Shown piece after piece: positions 1 to 12,744 of a DNA stretch of 64,000 bases. How positions within the stretch are numbered: the first letter of the stretch is position 1; each line of letters starts with the position of its first letter. Source of the DNA: Octopus sinensis (Eukaryota); the NCBI RefSeq assembly GCF_006345805.1, contig NC_042999.1, positions 49,228,001-49,292,000 of the forward strand, in the 5' to 3' direction. The position numbers and the translations under genes were made by a program. The notes beneath the pieces were generated by a model that was given only the letters and a program-made list of their open reading frames with translations, was not told the origin of the DNA and did no database searches.

Positions 1-625
1 AGCACGCGTAGGCATTGGGTAGGTAGCTTGGTAGGTAGGTATGTATGCACAGGTTTGATACCCATAATCGAAAAAATAGCTGAACAATACATATAAATGT
101 GTCTGCGTATGCATGATATATTTGTGTTTCTGTGTCTGTGTGTGCCTGTTGGGGGCGGAAGAAGCTTTCTATTTAATTCCTCATATCACAAACATAAAAT
201 ATCACTGACGAAAAAAATCACTGAGTTCAGATATATCTTCTTGATTACGGTACACAGCAATTTTTGATTAAATTAATGAAAGTCAAAGAAAGCAAAGCGA
301 CTGTAAAGGGAGAAGGAGGTATTGTTTTGTGATGTATTAAATACTCACAGTTATTATATTTTATAGTTGGAAAATAACTCTGAGCATGTTTTGGTCCATT
401 ACCACTTATGAGGTCAAATATTATAATTTCGACGCATGCCTGCCGAAACGGTTCACAAAGAATCTTACCTATTTTATATGTCATTTTCTTTCCTACTTTC
501 AGTAATGATACAGTAGCCATACTGGTGCGCCATCTTGTAGTGTTTATTTGAAAGAATCCAACATATTAATTATGGTACTTAATGTATAGATACCTTTGCG
601 CAAAAGCAATGTAACAGAGATGCAA

Positions 626-980
626 TCAAACACACACCAGTAGTCTAGCGGTGATTGGGACAATGACAACGAACGATAAATACACACATAAATGCGCGCA
701 CGCACACACACACACACATATGCACAATACCGCACACGTACACACACGTATATGCATATATTTACATACGACGGGCTTCCACGCATTTTCCGTTAACCAA
801 ATTTTTTTCACAAGGCATTGGTTGCGTTGGGGCAAACTGACACCGGTTGTCTAGCGGTAATGGGGACAATTACAAAGAAAGATAAGCACACACACTTAAA
901 CGCGAGCACACACACACGCACACGCACACGCCCACACATATACACATACACATACATGCGCACATACGCGCGCGCAGAAG
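626..980 (-). mobile_element. Degenerate SINE-B-related fragments with internal (CA)n tracts
   Basis: catacgacgggcttccacgcattttccgttaaccaaatttttttcacaaggcattgg resembles the SINE-B body (tacgacgggcttctttcagtttccgtctaccaaatccactcacaagg) seen elsewhere in the window. Two similar gtctagcggt..gggacaat segments lie at about 643 and 848. Confidence 0.55.
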
Positions 981-987
981 CATATCT

Positions 988-1576
988 CATGTCTTTACTG
1001 CACACGTGGGGCTACACACAGAGGGGACAAACAAGGACAGAGAAACAGATTAAGTCGATTATATCGACCCCAGTGCGTAACTGGTACATATTTAATCGAC
1101 CCCAAAGGGATAAAGGCAAAGTCGACTTCGACGGAATTTGAACTCAGAGCGTAGCGGCAGACGAAATACCTATTTCTTTACTACACACAATGGGCTACAC
1201 ACAGAGGGGACGAACAAAAACAGACAAACGGGTTAAGTCGATTATATCGACTCCAGTGCGTAACTGGTACTTATTTAATTGATCCCGAAAGGATGAAAGG
1301 CAAAGTCGACCTCGGCGGAATTTGAACTCAGAACGTAGTGGCAGACGAAATACCTATTTCTTTACTACTCACAAGGGGCTAAACACTGAGAGGACAAGCA
1401 AGGACAGACAAACGGATTAAGTCGATTATATCGACCCCAGTGCGTAACTGCTACTTATTCAATCAACCCCGAAAGGATGAAAAGCAGAGTTGACCTCGGC
1501 GGAATTTGAACTCAGAACGCAGCGGCAGAAGAAATACTGCTAAGCATTTCGCCCGGCGTGCTAATGTTTCTGCCAG
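988..1576 (-). mobile_element. SINE-A (tRNA-derived) head-to-tail trimer: one unit with the head plus two 5'-truncated units of about 184 bp
   Basis: Three units of gtcgattatatcgaccccagtgcgtaactggtac...gtcgacctcggcggaatttgaactcagaac. The junction gaaatacc|tatttctttac is identical at 1170/1171 and 1354/1355. The head (ctggcagaaacattagcacgccgggcgaaatgc on the minus strand) is present only in the rightmost unit. Confidence 0.85.
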
Positions 1577-2333
1577 ACTTATCTACTTATGTCTATATAC
1601 GACGAACTTCCACGTATTTTCTCTCTACCAAATTCTTTAACAAGGCATTGATCTTGTTGGTACTATAATACAAGATACTTGGTAGCGTGCAATGAACCCA
1701 AAATCACGTGGTTGCAAGGCGAAATTGTGCTCAGTACAGTTTACATAATTAAAAAAACAAAATTAGTTTGGCAACTCAAATCTAGATTCTTCGACTATTA
1801 TAGTAATGACTAAAGCGTTATCTATGATCACTGATGTGAAACTCTCTTCTGTTGCCTTCTGTGATATTAACAGATCTATTTGAAATGCCTTGCCTTTGAA
1901 TAGCCAAACTTCTAGGAAGACAATTTTAGTCAATAAATTATTGATTTCTTCTTTAAATACAAAGTCCTTTCTAACACTTGTGCATCCTAATATGATGATA
2001 CTGTGAAGCGTGTGTTCCAATGGTTAAGCGTTTCAGGAATGCAATCGTGAAGTCGGGATCTCGAATCCCAGACAATGCAATGAATAGTGTTCTTGAGCAA
2101 AGAGTTTCGTTTCCTGTTAATTCAATCCTCTCGGCCAATAACAAGAAGCAGTGGTAATATGAGGGTTAATTCTGCGATGAGATGGTTTACGTTCAGTGAG
2201 GCTGGAGTCAATTTGCTTTATCAGTAGTAAATATCTTATCAGTAGTAAATAACTTTTCTCACTGAGAAAGGTGGAATCTGGGAAATTTATAAACTTATTG
2301 ACTGACAGACTGATAATCAGTCAGACAGACAGA

Positions 2334-2349
2334 CAAATAGATAGATAGC

Positions 2350-2400
<51 letters not shown>

Positions 2401-2480
2401 GTTATTAGGTAGGTAGGTAGGTGGGTAGGTAGGTAGGTAGGTAGGTAGGTAGGCAGGTAGATAGATAGGTAGGTAGGTTA
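2334..2480. repeat. (GATA)n / (GGTA)n compound microsatellite
   Basis: Direct reading of the tandem tetranucleotides. Confidence 0.95.
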
Positions 2481-4152
2481 TGGCCGGGTGGGCATTACAT
2501 GACCCAGATGTCCTTCATAAGTGAGGCATGAGTAATGGCGGGATACATGAACTCAAGCGGCATTGCAGATAATGATGGCTATATCGATGAGTAGGAGGTG
2601 AAAAAGCCTCTTTAGAGGATTTGAAACCTCATTTTATTGCATTATTTGCAGTGGTTTATAACCTCAATTGTGTGTTTAAAAAAAACATATTAAGTAAGAG
2701 GTTTTAGTGCCTCCTTCTTGTAAGAGGTTTGAACCTCAAATTGATTTTTTTTTAAATGAAAATATTTTTTGAGAAAAATCCAATCGGTGGGTGTTGGATT
2801 TCGTCTCTCATTTATTCATTTTATTTCATTTTCATTCATTAATGTGTTTGTCCAGCCCGCAGCTACTGTGTATACTGCTTTTATGGCAAATAAAATGAAA
2901 TAAAGTAGTTGGTAGGTAGGTAGAAATCTAAGCATGTACAAGATTTGAACTCGCATGTTAATTTACGCAGCGCTACTATACTTCGCCGACCATTTCTTTG
3001 GCTATTGAAATATTGATTGCTTTAAAATAAGCAAAGATAAAACAAACTCATATTGTGACATGTGTGCGACGTAGTAGATGAAATATCGTGGTTTTCATTC
3101 TATAACGAAACCAATATAAAACATCCAACGTTGATGCAATAGATTAATCATTTACGTTCCCTCAGTACGTGAAATTGGAAGTTTAATCAATATCAGTTCC
3201 TAAGTGATCGATATTTACGCAATGTTAAATCTAATTCTCAAAATATCAGTAGGAAATGAGGAGAAAATAATTAAAAGCTAATATCAATAATAACATTATT
3301 AACATTTTAAACGGTTAAAAGTTAGCAAAAAAACTTATTTATTTATTTATTTTGTATTTTTGTGGATGAGGTATTTCAAGAGTTCAGTGCCACTACAGAT
3401 TTGTTTTCATTATTCATTATGTTTGTTTACTTGTAACATAAGAAACAAACGAAGGAATTAAATTCGAATAAAATGTCAGTCGAATGATTATCTTTAGCTT
3501 CAAAAAAGATCAGACAAAAAGTGCGTTTAACAAGGAAATGAAGATATCCTAAGTAATGATGTTTATTTCATGTATTGACTTAGACTATACATATATACTA
3601 TAAAAAAATATTAACAACGAGATAAACTTAAACCTCTGGCAGCTTCTTTTTGTTGATTAATCCTAGGTCAGACATGATAAGGCAAACATATTATCACAGG
3701 TATTTTTGTTGTAAGGCGGCATAAGATCAATTGAAGCTTTGCCGTGGGCCTACCGTTTATTATTTTGATTTTATGCTACAGAATATTATTTTTTGACATT
3801 CTTTTATTCAGAAATATTGATTGTGAGTTTAGATAGATTTGCCCGCTGATTTTAGCAAAACAGTTTAGCTTTTGATGCTCCAAGGTTTGGGAGCAAGGAG
3901 ATTTGCCGTCAATGTTTAATAGAAAACAATCATTCCACTTTCATTATATTTGCGAAAACTATAACAGACATACGCATACACACACAAACGCATGTCTTTA
4001 AAGATGTGTATGTCTGTGTGTACGTAAGAGTGTGTGTGCACGTGTGAGCATTTTATCCTGCTCGTTAAAAGATTCTGCCAGCTGAACTCCTTGCGTACAT
4101 ATAATAATACAGCTTACTTGTCCTTTATAAAAAGCAAAACTGTTATATACGT

Positions 4153-4316
4153 TCTATATTTAAGAGATGAGGAATTGTGTACGTTATTTACATTATTTAT
4201 ATTTGACGGATATTTGTCTTCATCTTCTTTGTTGTTAACGCAACGTTTCGGTCGATATGCGCATGGGCATATGGCGTAATTCGATTCCAGGCAATGACTT
4301 GGATAATAATAATAAC

Positions 4317-4364
<48 letters not shown>

Positions 4365-4521
4365 TCATAATAACATCGAAAAATACTTTAGGAATGACAA
4401 CCCAGGTTCGAAATTTCCCCAAGACACCTGATGAAGCCTGGAGTGTATATCAGCCGAAACGTTGTGTTAACAACAAACAAGACGAGGACAAATATCTGTC
4501 AAATGTAAATAATGTAAATAA
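4153..4521 (+). mobile_element. Composite insertion: inverted 3' tail (4153-4258) plus a tRNA-headed, (AAT)n-linked, hammerhead-bearing SINE-like element (4266-4521)
   Basis: Flanked by a 12-bp direct repeat TGTTATATACGT (4141-4152 and 4522-4533). 4153-4258 is the reverse complement of the element tail. The head is an internally deleted version of the 25671 head. Confidence 0.8.
4423..4468 (+). ncRNA. Minimal type I hammerhead ribozyme motif
   Basis: GACAC-CTGATGA-A-GCCTG(loop)CAGCC-GAAA-CG-TT-GTGTT. Stem I is GACAC/GTGTT, stem II has one mismatch, stem III is the palindromic ACGT, and the triplet is GUU. Confidence 0.75.
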
Positions 4522-5017
4522 TGTTATATACGTGTTAAATATAAAATTGCAATTTACGCATTATTAACGAGTTCAACTAAAATTCACCAAATTAGAGAAT
4601 ACTCTTTCTAAGATATTGGACAAAATATTGAAATGTTACTGTTAGGTTAAAAATGCAGTATAAATTTCAAGGTCTATAAAATAAACCAACAGTTATATAC
4701 TCGGTCTGTTTAAGAGATTTTCTCCCTTTACAAAATCCCTGGCCTTCTACATTGCTTCGAAACAAATATAATCTAAAATGGGCCCATTCAAAGTGGGCTT
4801 CCGCTGAATTCAGACCTGGACAGGTATTTTGTAAACCTTTGTTGTTAATATAAGTATTTCATCAAACGCATCATTAAGTATTGTTCTTCAAAATACTTAA
4901 TTCAAAACTTAATAAATGAAGATAGCGATGAAATAATTCATGCGTCTATGATTCACTAACATTTCACGATGAATCATTTGCAGATTATTTTTGCTTTCTA
5001 TATATGATCTATATATT

Positions 5018-5063
<46 letters not shown>

Positions 5064-7214
5064 TAACTATATATCTACGAAAGAAATCTACTAACACAAA
5101 CAAAAACCGGCTCCCTAAAAAGAAAAAAACACTCATCAGGCGCATCAAAAGACTCAACAAAAAAAATCAACCAATTAAAATATTCCCACACACAACATCC
5201 ACATTCAACAACAATGAAAAGACTAGAGCTGGAAATACTTCATCTGCAGACCAACATGAAAACCTCTATTGAAAATCAAAGAGCTGTGGAAGAACAATGG
5301 GTAATCAAAAACATCAAACAGAACCCAAAAGTGTTCTATTCTTATGCAAATAAGCATAGAACCACTGTCTCACCCATTGGGCCATTCATTGATGATAACG
5401 GCAACGGCATTCCCCAACACGATGTTAAAGAAATGGCAGAAATACTGCAGAAACAATACTGCTCTGTCTTTAGTGTTCCCACTGATATTGACGTAAGGGA
5501 AACGAACGAAGTTGACTCCCAACACAAAATCTCAGAGATAACCTTCACTGCCACCGACATCGTAGCAGCAATAAATGAGGTCAAACATTACTCTGCTGTA
5601 GGCCCTGATAGATTTCCCGCTAGTCCCCTGAAGGAATGTAGATACCAACTTGCAGTCCCTCTGACCAACCTCTGGAGAAATTCGTTAGACGCAGGTTATA
5701 TACCGAAACAGTTTCTATCCCAGTCGGTCATCCCGGTTTTCAAACAGGGAAACATATCCCTCGCAGTCAACTATCGCCCAATCTCACTCACCTCCCACAT
5801 CATTAAAGTGTTTGAAAGAGTGTTAAGATCAAGGATAGCTGACTTCCTGGAGACCCACAAAGTCCTAAATGCAAATCAGCATGGCTTTCGCTGTGGCAGG
5901 GACTGTCTAACACAGCTCTTACACCACATTGAAGATGTACTCAAAGCCTTGGGAAGAGGTTCGAACTCTGATGTCATATATCTTGACTTCAGTAAAGCGT
6001 TCGACAGGGTAGACCATAACATCCTGCTCTCAAAATTGGTAAATGTTGGAATCCGTGGAAAAGTTCTACACTGGATTAAGTATTTCCTGGCGAATAGAAC
6101 ACAACATGTTGTAGTTGATGGAGTCCACTCAAACCCAGCAAAAATCACTAGCGGTGTTCCCCAGGGAACTGTTTTGGGTCTGCTACTCTTCATAATTTAC
6201 GTAAACGACCTTTCCAATGTCGTACATTACTGCAAAGTGAAAATAGTTGCTGATGACACTAAGCTCCAGCAAATCGTCAATGAAGAAGCAGACCGAACTC
6301 AACTCCAGTCTAATCTATATGCTGTGAGTCAATGGGCAGACAGAAACAAAATGCAACTGAGGGAAAATTTGAGCTGATGCATTTTGGAAGAAATTCCTCA
6401 CTAAAACAACCATACTCTCTTCCATCAGGGGAACCGCTCACAGCCTCTAAAAATATCAGAGACCTGGGTGTAATTGTTGATGACGATCTCAGTTGGAGTG
6501 CACACATCAACAAGAAGGTTGATATAGCTCGTAGGATGAGTTCCTGGATCTTAAGAACTTTCCGGTCCAGAGAACAAGGTGTCATCATACCACTTTTTTC
6601 CTCCTTTGTACGGCCACACCTTGAATACTGCTGCCCACTGTGGTCTCCTCACACAAGACAAAACATCTCCAGAATTGAGTCACCCCAGAGGGCACTCACT
6701 AAACAAATTGAAGGCATGGCTGCTCCCGATTATTGGGATCGCCTTAAAGCCTTGAAACTTTACTCCCTCCAGCGTCGCCGTGAGCGGTACATCATTTGTA
6801 CGATGTGGAAAATATACCGCCAACTTTGCCCAAACGACCTAAACATTAGCTTCAAGGTTCACCCAAGACTTGGACCACGGGGTACACGTCCCCTGCCCAA
6901 TTCAAGATCACAACATACATGCACACTGCAACATAATTTCTTTTCCTCAACAGGCCCTGCTCTATTTAACATTGTCCCGAGGGAGATCAAAGAGGAAAAG
7001 GATCCCATCAACTTTAAACAGAGTCTGGATAGATTCCTTCAAAGAATACCAGATAAGCCACCCATAATTGGATACAACTCACCCAACAAGAACTCACTAC
7101 TTGAACAAAACTTGACTTAAAAAGGATTCGAACAATCCTATCAGGTGGTGCTATTAAGTTAGATATGGCCTGGACCAATCTTTGGTCGAAACATATCTAA
7201 GTTTATCTAAGTTT
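5064..7214 (+). mobile_element. 5'-truncated CR1/L2-group non-LTR retrotransposon (RT and 3' UTR; no ORF1 or endonuclease)
   Basis: RT motifs NYRPISLTS, QHGFR, LDFSKAFDRV, SGVPQGTVLG and ADD, followed by the C-terminal VRPHLEYC and LQRRRERY. The 3' UTR stem-loop is at 7159-7200 and the tail is (ATCTAAGTTT)2. (TA)n lies on both sides. Confidence 0.92.
5214..7120 (+). pseudogene. LINE ORF2 reverse transcriptase remnant, frameshifted near 6360
   Basis: ORFs 5214-6377 and 6332-7120 join across MQL/EGKFELMHFG. The catalytic [YF]ADD motif reads VADD. An upstream frameshift falls in the A-run near 5160. Confidence 0.9.
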
Positions 7215-7386
7215 ATATATATATATATATATATAATATATATATATACAGTGTTAAGAAAAAGTTTTAAATGGCTGTGCAGGTAGACTTAAATTGATAC
7301 AAAAGAACGATTGGTGATCCGTTACGTGTATTTTTTCTCTTCCAGCTTGTTTCATGTACTGCATTACGATTATAGTACATAACATA

Positions 7387-7487
<101 letters not shown>

Positions 7488-7500
7488 GTATATATATATA

Positions 7501-7904
7501 CTCTCTTTTACTCTTTTACTTGTTTCAGTCATTTGACTACGGCCATGCTGGAGCACCGCCTTTAGTCGAGCAAATCGACCCCGGGACATATTCTTTGTAA
7601 GCCTAGTACTTATTCTATCGCTCTCTTTTTGCCGAACCGCTAAGTGACTGGGACTTAAACACACCAGCATCGGTAGTCAAGCAATGCTAGGGAGACAAAC
7701 ACAGACACACAAGCATACACACACATATACACACATATATACGACGGGCTTCTTTCAGTTTCGTCTACCAAATCTACTCACAAGGCTTTGGTCGGCCCGA
7801 GGCTATAGTGGGAGACACTTGCCCAAGATGTGACGCCGTAGGAGTGAACCCGGAACCATGTGGTTGGTAAGCAAGCTACTTACCACACGGCCACTCCTGC
7901 GCCT
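7501..7904 (-). mobile_element. SINE-B (tRNA-derived, about 400-430 bp, internal microsatellite)
   Basis: On the minus strand the head aggcgcaggagtggccgtgtggtaagtagcttgc...ccgggttcactcc has A/B-box-like motifs and the tail is (aaagagt)n. Homologous to 50753-51180. Confidence 0.9.
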
Positions 7905-7939
7905 ATATATATATTACACTTGAACAGGAATACTATTGT

Positions 7940-8950
7940 CAGTGACGTCGAAGTTTCAGCCAGATATGCCATCGTCGGAGCGCGACGTATTGAAGTTAAC
8001 CTGAGCTTTATATACTTTCAGTTGTGTTAGAATTTTTCTTGGGTGCGTAGGTTTGATTGTAGTGATGACTGGGTTTTGGAGAGGTTTCTTATCGAGAGGC
8101 GTTGCTGATGATGCTCTTATTGATTATATATGGAGTTATGTCATTCTTTAAGATCTATTCATCTATGTTGAACTTTGTAAGCAGGTGGACATATTTTTAA
8201 GGCCAGACCCCTTTTAGTAGGTAATCATAGGATACATCAATTGTTTAAAATATTTCTGCTTTTATTGGATTTAATGCTTTGCTTTGACAATGTACAGGTC
8301 AAAGTTACAAAGTCCAGGACTTGAAAACTTAATAATTCATTTTTGTGAACGTTTTTGTGATGGATTCACAGAAGGATGTTCGGTAGGTAGTATGTTGGGC
8401 AGCAAGCTGGCAGAAACGTTAGCACGCCGAGCGAAATGCGTAGCCGTATTTCGTCTGCCGCTACGTTCTGAGTTCAAATTCCGTCGAGGTCAACTTTGCC
8501 TTTCATCCTTTCGGGGTCGATAAATTAAGTACCAGTTACGCACTGGAGTCAATGTAATCGACTTAATACCTATGTCTGTCGTAGTTTGTCCCCTCTGTGT
8601 TTAGCCCCTTGTGGGTAATAAAGAAATAAGTATGTTATTACTGGTCGCTTTCTATGCTTGCTGTAGTTGGTATTTAAGATATTTTAAGTTATTTCATAGG
8701 TGAGGTTTATTAGTCATCTATATCATGTTGTTAGTATAGAAATTTCTATATATCTTGTCCTTTGATGTTCACAAGAAGGGGTAGGTAGATACAGCGGTTA
8801 CTCGTCTGTCTATTTCTCTGTATGTGTTCACTGTTATATAAACAGTAAGATTAGTATGTAGAAAGTTTAACTCTTGTAATTTATCGAGGCATAGTTTGTA
8901 GAGTATGTAATTATACATATTCGGTTTGATACGTGGATATTTCATAATAT
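7940..8950 (-). mobile_element. Possible highly decayed Penelope-like element remnant, interrupted by SINE-A
   Basis: The minus strand ends in a degenerate hammerhead-like string, CCGACGA-T-GGC..GCT-GAAAC..GTC (7980-7945). There is weak protein-like residue (LYLPTPSCEH) but no intact ORF. Confidence 0.3.
8397..8628 (+). mobile_element. SINE-A, full length, with target-site duplication
   Basis: The head gcagcaagctggcagaaacgttagcacgccg..gttctgagttcaaattcc and tail aataaagaaata are present. The 8-bp TSD AGTATGTT is at 8389-8396 and 8629-8636. Confidence 0.92.
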
Positions 8951-9499
8951 TTTAATTTAGTCCACGGAATATATCCAAAACTGGGACATTATAGAACGTG
9001 TGCATATATTTATGTATGAAAATGGGAATAAAGATAGAACAAAATCTTAAATAAAGGAATATTTTAATACAGCACAGACTACACAGAGGAGATATTTACT
9101 TCAATATTTCGCGGTCCACCGTCATTTAACTGCGTAAAACTTCCAGATTACTTTTAATAATAATATTGTTTAAGAATAATAATTTTGTACTCTACAAAAG
9201 GTATAAAGTAACCCAACAGATTAATGTTAAGCTGTTAATATTATAACTGAACCTGCCAAACAAGGCTGGTCTACTGGTCCTGTCAAATCGCTTGATGGAA
9301 GGGGTTCGTTCCCCTGCTCGCAATATATCGGACACAGGCTATGTCGTTAACCAGATGGAGAGGGTGTTCTCCTGGGGTTAAAAAAAGCGGTAAGGTTCTT
9401 CCGTATGGGACAGCCATGTTGAAATGGCAACAACCATTACTTTTCAGTAGAGTTCTTACTTGCATCTCTTGTAGAGAATTAAGAACAAGCTACTTTGCT

Positions 9500-9545
<46 letters not shown>

Positions 9546-10187
9546 ACACACACACATATGTATATATATATATATTAAATATTAAACTGAATAAATGAAT
9601 TCAATTTATTTATTTATTTATTTATTTAATTATGCAGCCGAGGATAGCTCTGCATTTCAATTGATGTAATTATTGTATTGTTCAATTAAGTGGAGTCGCT
9701 TGAAACGATCGTACTGCATCACCTCTGGATATCCTCCAGCTTATTTTGATTTTATTCACCTTATTTGAAATTATACGGAAAATTCCGTACTAAGTTTTGG
9801 TACCTCAACTTAAGTACTTAAATCATCTGAATTTCATTTATTTTGTATGTATGGATATATATATAAAGAGAGAGAGAGAGAGACAGAGAAATAATTCAAA
9901 GTTATTTTTATTGCACACAGGTAGAATTATAGGAAAAGAAGTTGAAAATGCACTGAGATTCATTTTGATTTTTATTTAAAAATTTTAAGACTTAAAAACT
10001 TCCATAGATTTCTGTGACTTTCAAAATTTGAAATCATTTTTTGTTCTTCTTTGCATTGAGAGAACATTGCAAAAATTAGCATATCTTTTGGAAAAGATTT
10101 GATAGGCACAGAATAATCACGTGATGAGACTCAGAAACTAAATCCATGCATTATTATCATGTCCAGTATTATATAGACATTCTATTA

Positions 10188-10520
10188 AGGCGGCGAGCTG
10201 GCAGAAACGTTAGCACGCACACATCCACGCGCATTCCCCCTCTCACTTCCTTGTCTTTACCATACTGTCTTTGAAAACTCTCCTGTCTTTAAAAAACATT
10301 ATTCTTCTTCCTTTCTACTTCCGGTCTTTCAATATGTGACCTTGTGAGTACCGCCGGCGATTTCTTTCTTCTGTCTTCCCTTCTCGGGATCTTTCCTTCT
10401 CCTATGTTTCCGAAGAAGAGCTCCGCTCGAAACGTTAAGCCCTCCTTCTTCCCTTCTTTCCTGAGCGTCCAATAATACTTTATTTGTTCCACGTCCTCGC
10501 GTTGTTGTGTGTTTTTTTTG
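10188..10520 (+). mobile_element. SINE-A head (about 33 bp) abutting a pyrimidine-rich Penelope-like terminal repeat fragment
   Basis: aggcggcgagctggcagaaacgttagcacgc is followed by unrelated sequence that contains the hammerhead motif at 10406-10440. Confidence 0.55.
10406..10440 (+). ncRNA. Minimal type I hammerhead motif (U4C core variant)
   Basis: GTTT-CCGAAGA-A-GAGC-TCC-GCTC-GAAA-CG-TT-AAGC. Stem II is perfect and stem I is 4 bp with one G-U pair. Confidence 0.65.
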
Positions 10521-10739
10521 TTTTTTTATGTGTTTTCTTGTTTGGATTAACTATATATATATATATATATAATTTTTTCAATACGTATATGTTTCAATGA
10601 TAAACAAATATAGTTGGTTTTCACTGAACGCTGGTATAAACCGGAGAAGTAGGATACTCGCATCCTTTGTGGGAATTTATTTCCTTGTTTAATAATGTAT
10701 GTGTGTGCATAAATATACACACATAAACACACAAAGATA

Positions 10740-10815
<76 letters not shown>

Positions 10816-11810
10816 TTAGGTGCTTATGTATATGTATGTAGTTATATGTATATATACACAGGTGAGATTTCTATTGTTTTATTTTGTTTTCCTTTCTGTT
10901 CAATTAAATGAAGAAGTAGTTGTATAATGAAAATAGCTCAGTTATGGACAAGGGCAGAGGAAACATTTCTTTCTGCGTTTGTATGTGTCTGGAAACTCTA
11001 GGTTTAGTAATTTTATGCACAGAACCAAACTAAATTACTCGTAACACGTATCACATATCCTTGCTTAATACACTTCCATAATCTACATATACGCATCTTC
11101 TACAAATCAGAATGATATTTCCTTCGACGTTGCCGTAGTGTACCCATAGTTTTGATCGTATAAAAATAGCACTATTTCATGTACGTTATAATGGAGATAT
11201 TGAGATAACAAAATCTCTGATGAAAATAGAACGAATCGTAAGTAAATAAGATTTCGATAATTAACTTAGATACTAGCGTCGAATTCGAAAATTGTCCATG
11301 GTGATTTAGTAAAAAACGTGAGACTTTCATTCACTCGATAATTATCAATATGTTAGAAAGTATCAACGTGGGAGATGCATATTTAATACAATAATCTCTA
11401 ATTAATAAGTATTCTTTTATGCAAAATTTGCTTCTAGAGTTAATGTTAATGGTATTTGGAAATGGAGAGAATATTGGTAGTGGTTTTCATGAATAGAAAA
11501 TATTATTAATGATATATTGCTTTTTGTTTCCATGTATTTTTACTTTTGTATTACATTTTGCGTTCATTTTATTTTTGCTGACTCAGAAGTAATAATCATT
11601 AAACTGTATGGAATATTTGAATTGATTAGTGAAAAAGCTTTCATTTATTCCCACTACGTTATTTTGGAGAATAGGCATTTCATATATTTGTAAGTAGGTA
11701 CACCCAAAGCTAAATTGCGTGACATAAAGTGTAGAGTAACATTGCCAATATCAATTTTGTACACTTTCACAATGTACAGAAACACACAGACATAACTGAC
11801 ATATATATAT

Positions 11811-11862
<52 letters not shown>

Positions 11863-12744
11863 GAATAAATTAACAAATGGAGTCAAACTCTGGAATTTCT
11901 ACCTTTATAAGTAGGATGTAATATCCTTGGCACTTATATGACTTTTTGCTACCCTGGTAAATATTTCTTTGTTTTTTCCTTGTTATTTCCACGCATTGGA
12001 AAATATGCATACACACACACACACTCACACACACACATATATATATATATATATGTATATGTATATGTTTTCAATGCGTACAAATAACCTAAATCACACG
12101 CCCATTGTATGTAATGTCCTACATTATCCCTAGAAAGACGAAGGCTGAAGGCTGGAATGTCTTTGATGATAGGTTTGCAGTATCAGGGTTGATTGGAGGC
12201 TAAATAACAACATTAGGGTAAATTTCTATATTAACACCCGCACAATTTTCACTAAGAAAAAATCCCCCCAAATTTGATTTTTTACATGGAATCAGGTATC
12301 CTGATCTTAACATGCAGCGAATCCCTTATTTTAGTTCCGAAAAAATGAGATGGGGTGTTCCCCCACCCCAATCCCCAATCCCGGAATCGTTGGAAAAATT
12401 TTTTTTTCGTGAATGAATTCCTGTGATATTACTAAATTAGGTGACTCAGGGTGAGGCTGGTAACTGATGGTTTGGGGTTTCGGTGTTTGGAATTTTTGGT
12501 GAGCCATGGTGCAACCAAAAACATGGTTAAAATCCCTGCTATTAATTTGGTGTCGATAGGTAATATCAAAAAATTCAATCACATTATATATTTAAATTAA
12601 ACATGAACAAAATTGAAATATTTTCATCACTTACATGGAAAAATTGAAATATTATATTTCATTATGTTATACGATAAAATCTTAAATTATTAATTAATAC
12701 ATTAATTATCTTGTAACAGCAATTCCTGGAAAAATTATGGATTA

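Noticed and set aside
988-1576. Regularly spaced repeats that superficially resemble a CRISPR array
   Set aside because: The units are about 184-bp SINE copies with no unique spacers, there are no cas genes, and the context is eukaryotic.
4715-4823. Possible plus-strand exon DFLPLQNPWPSTLLRNKYNLKWAHSKWASAEFRPGQ
   Set aside because: The acceptor is weak, the peptide is unrecognised and there are no linked exons. Open frames this short arise by chance.
7159-7200. LINE 3' UTR hairpin ending in GAAAC, hammerhead-like at first sight
   Set aside because: There is no CUGANGA strand. It is better explained as the LINE 3' recognition stem-loop.
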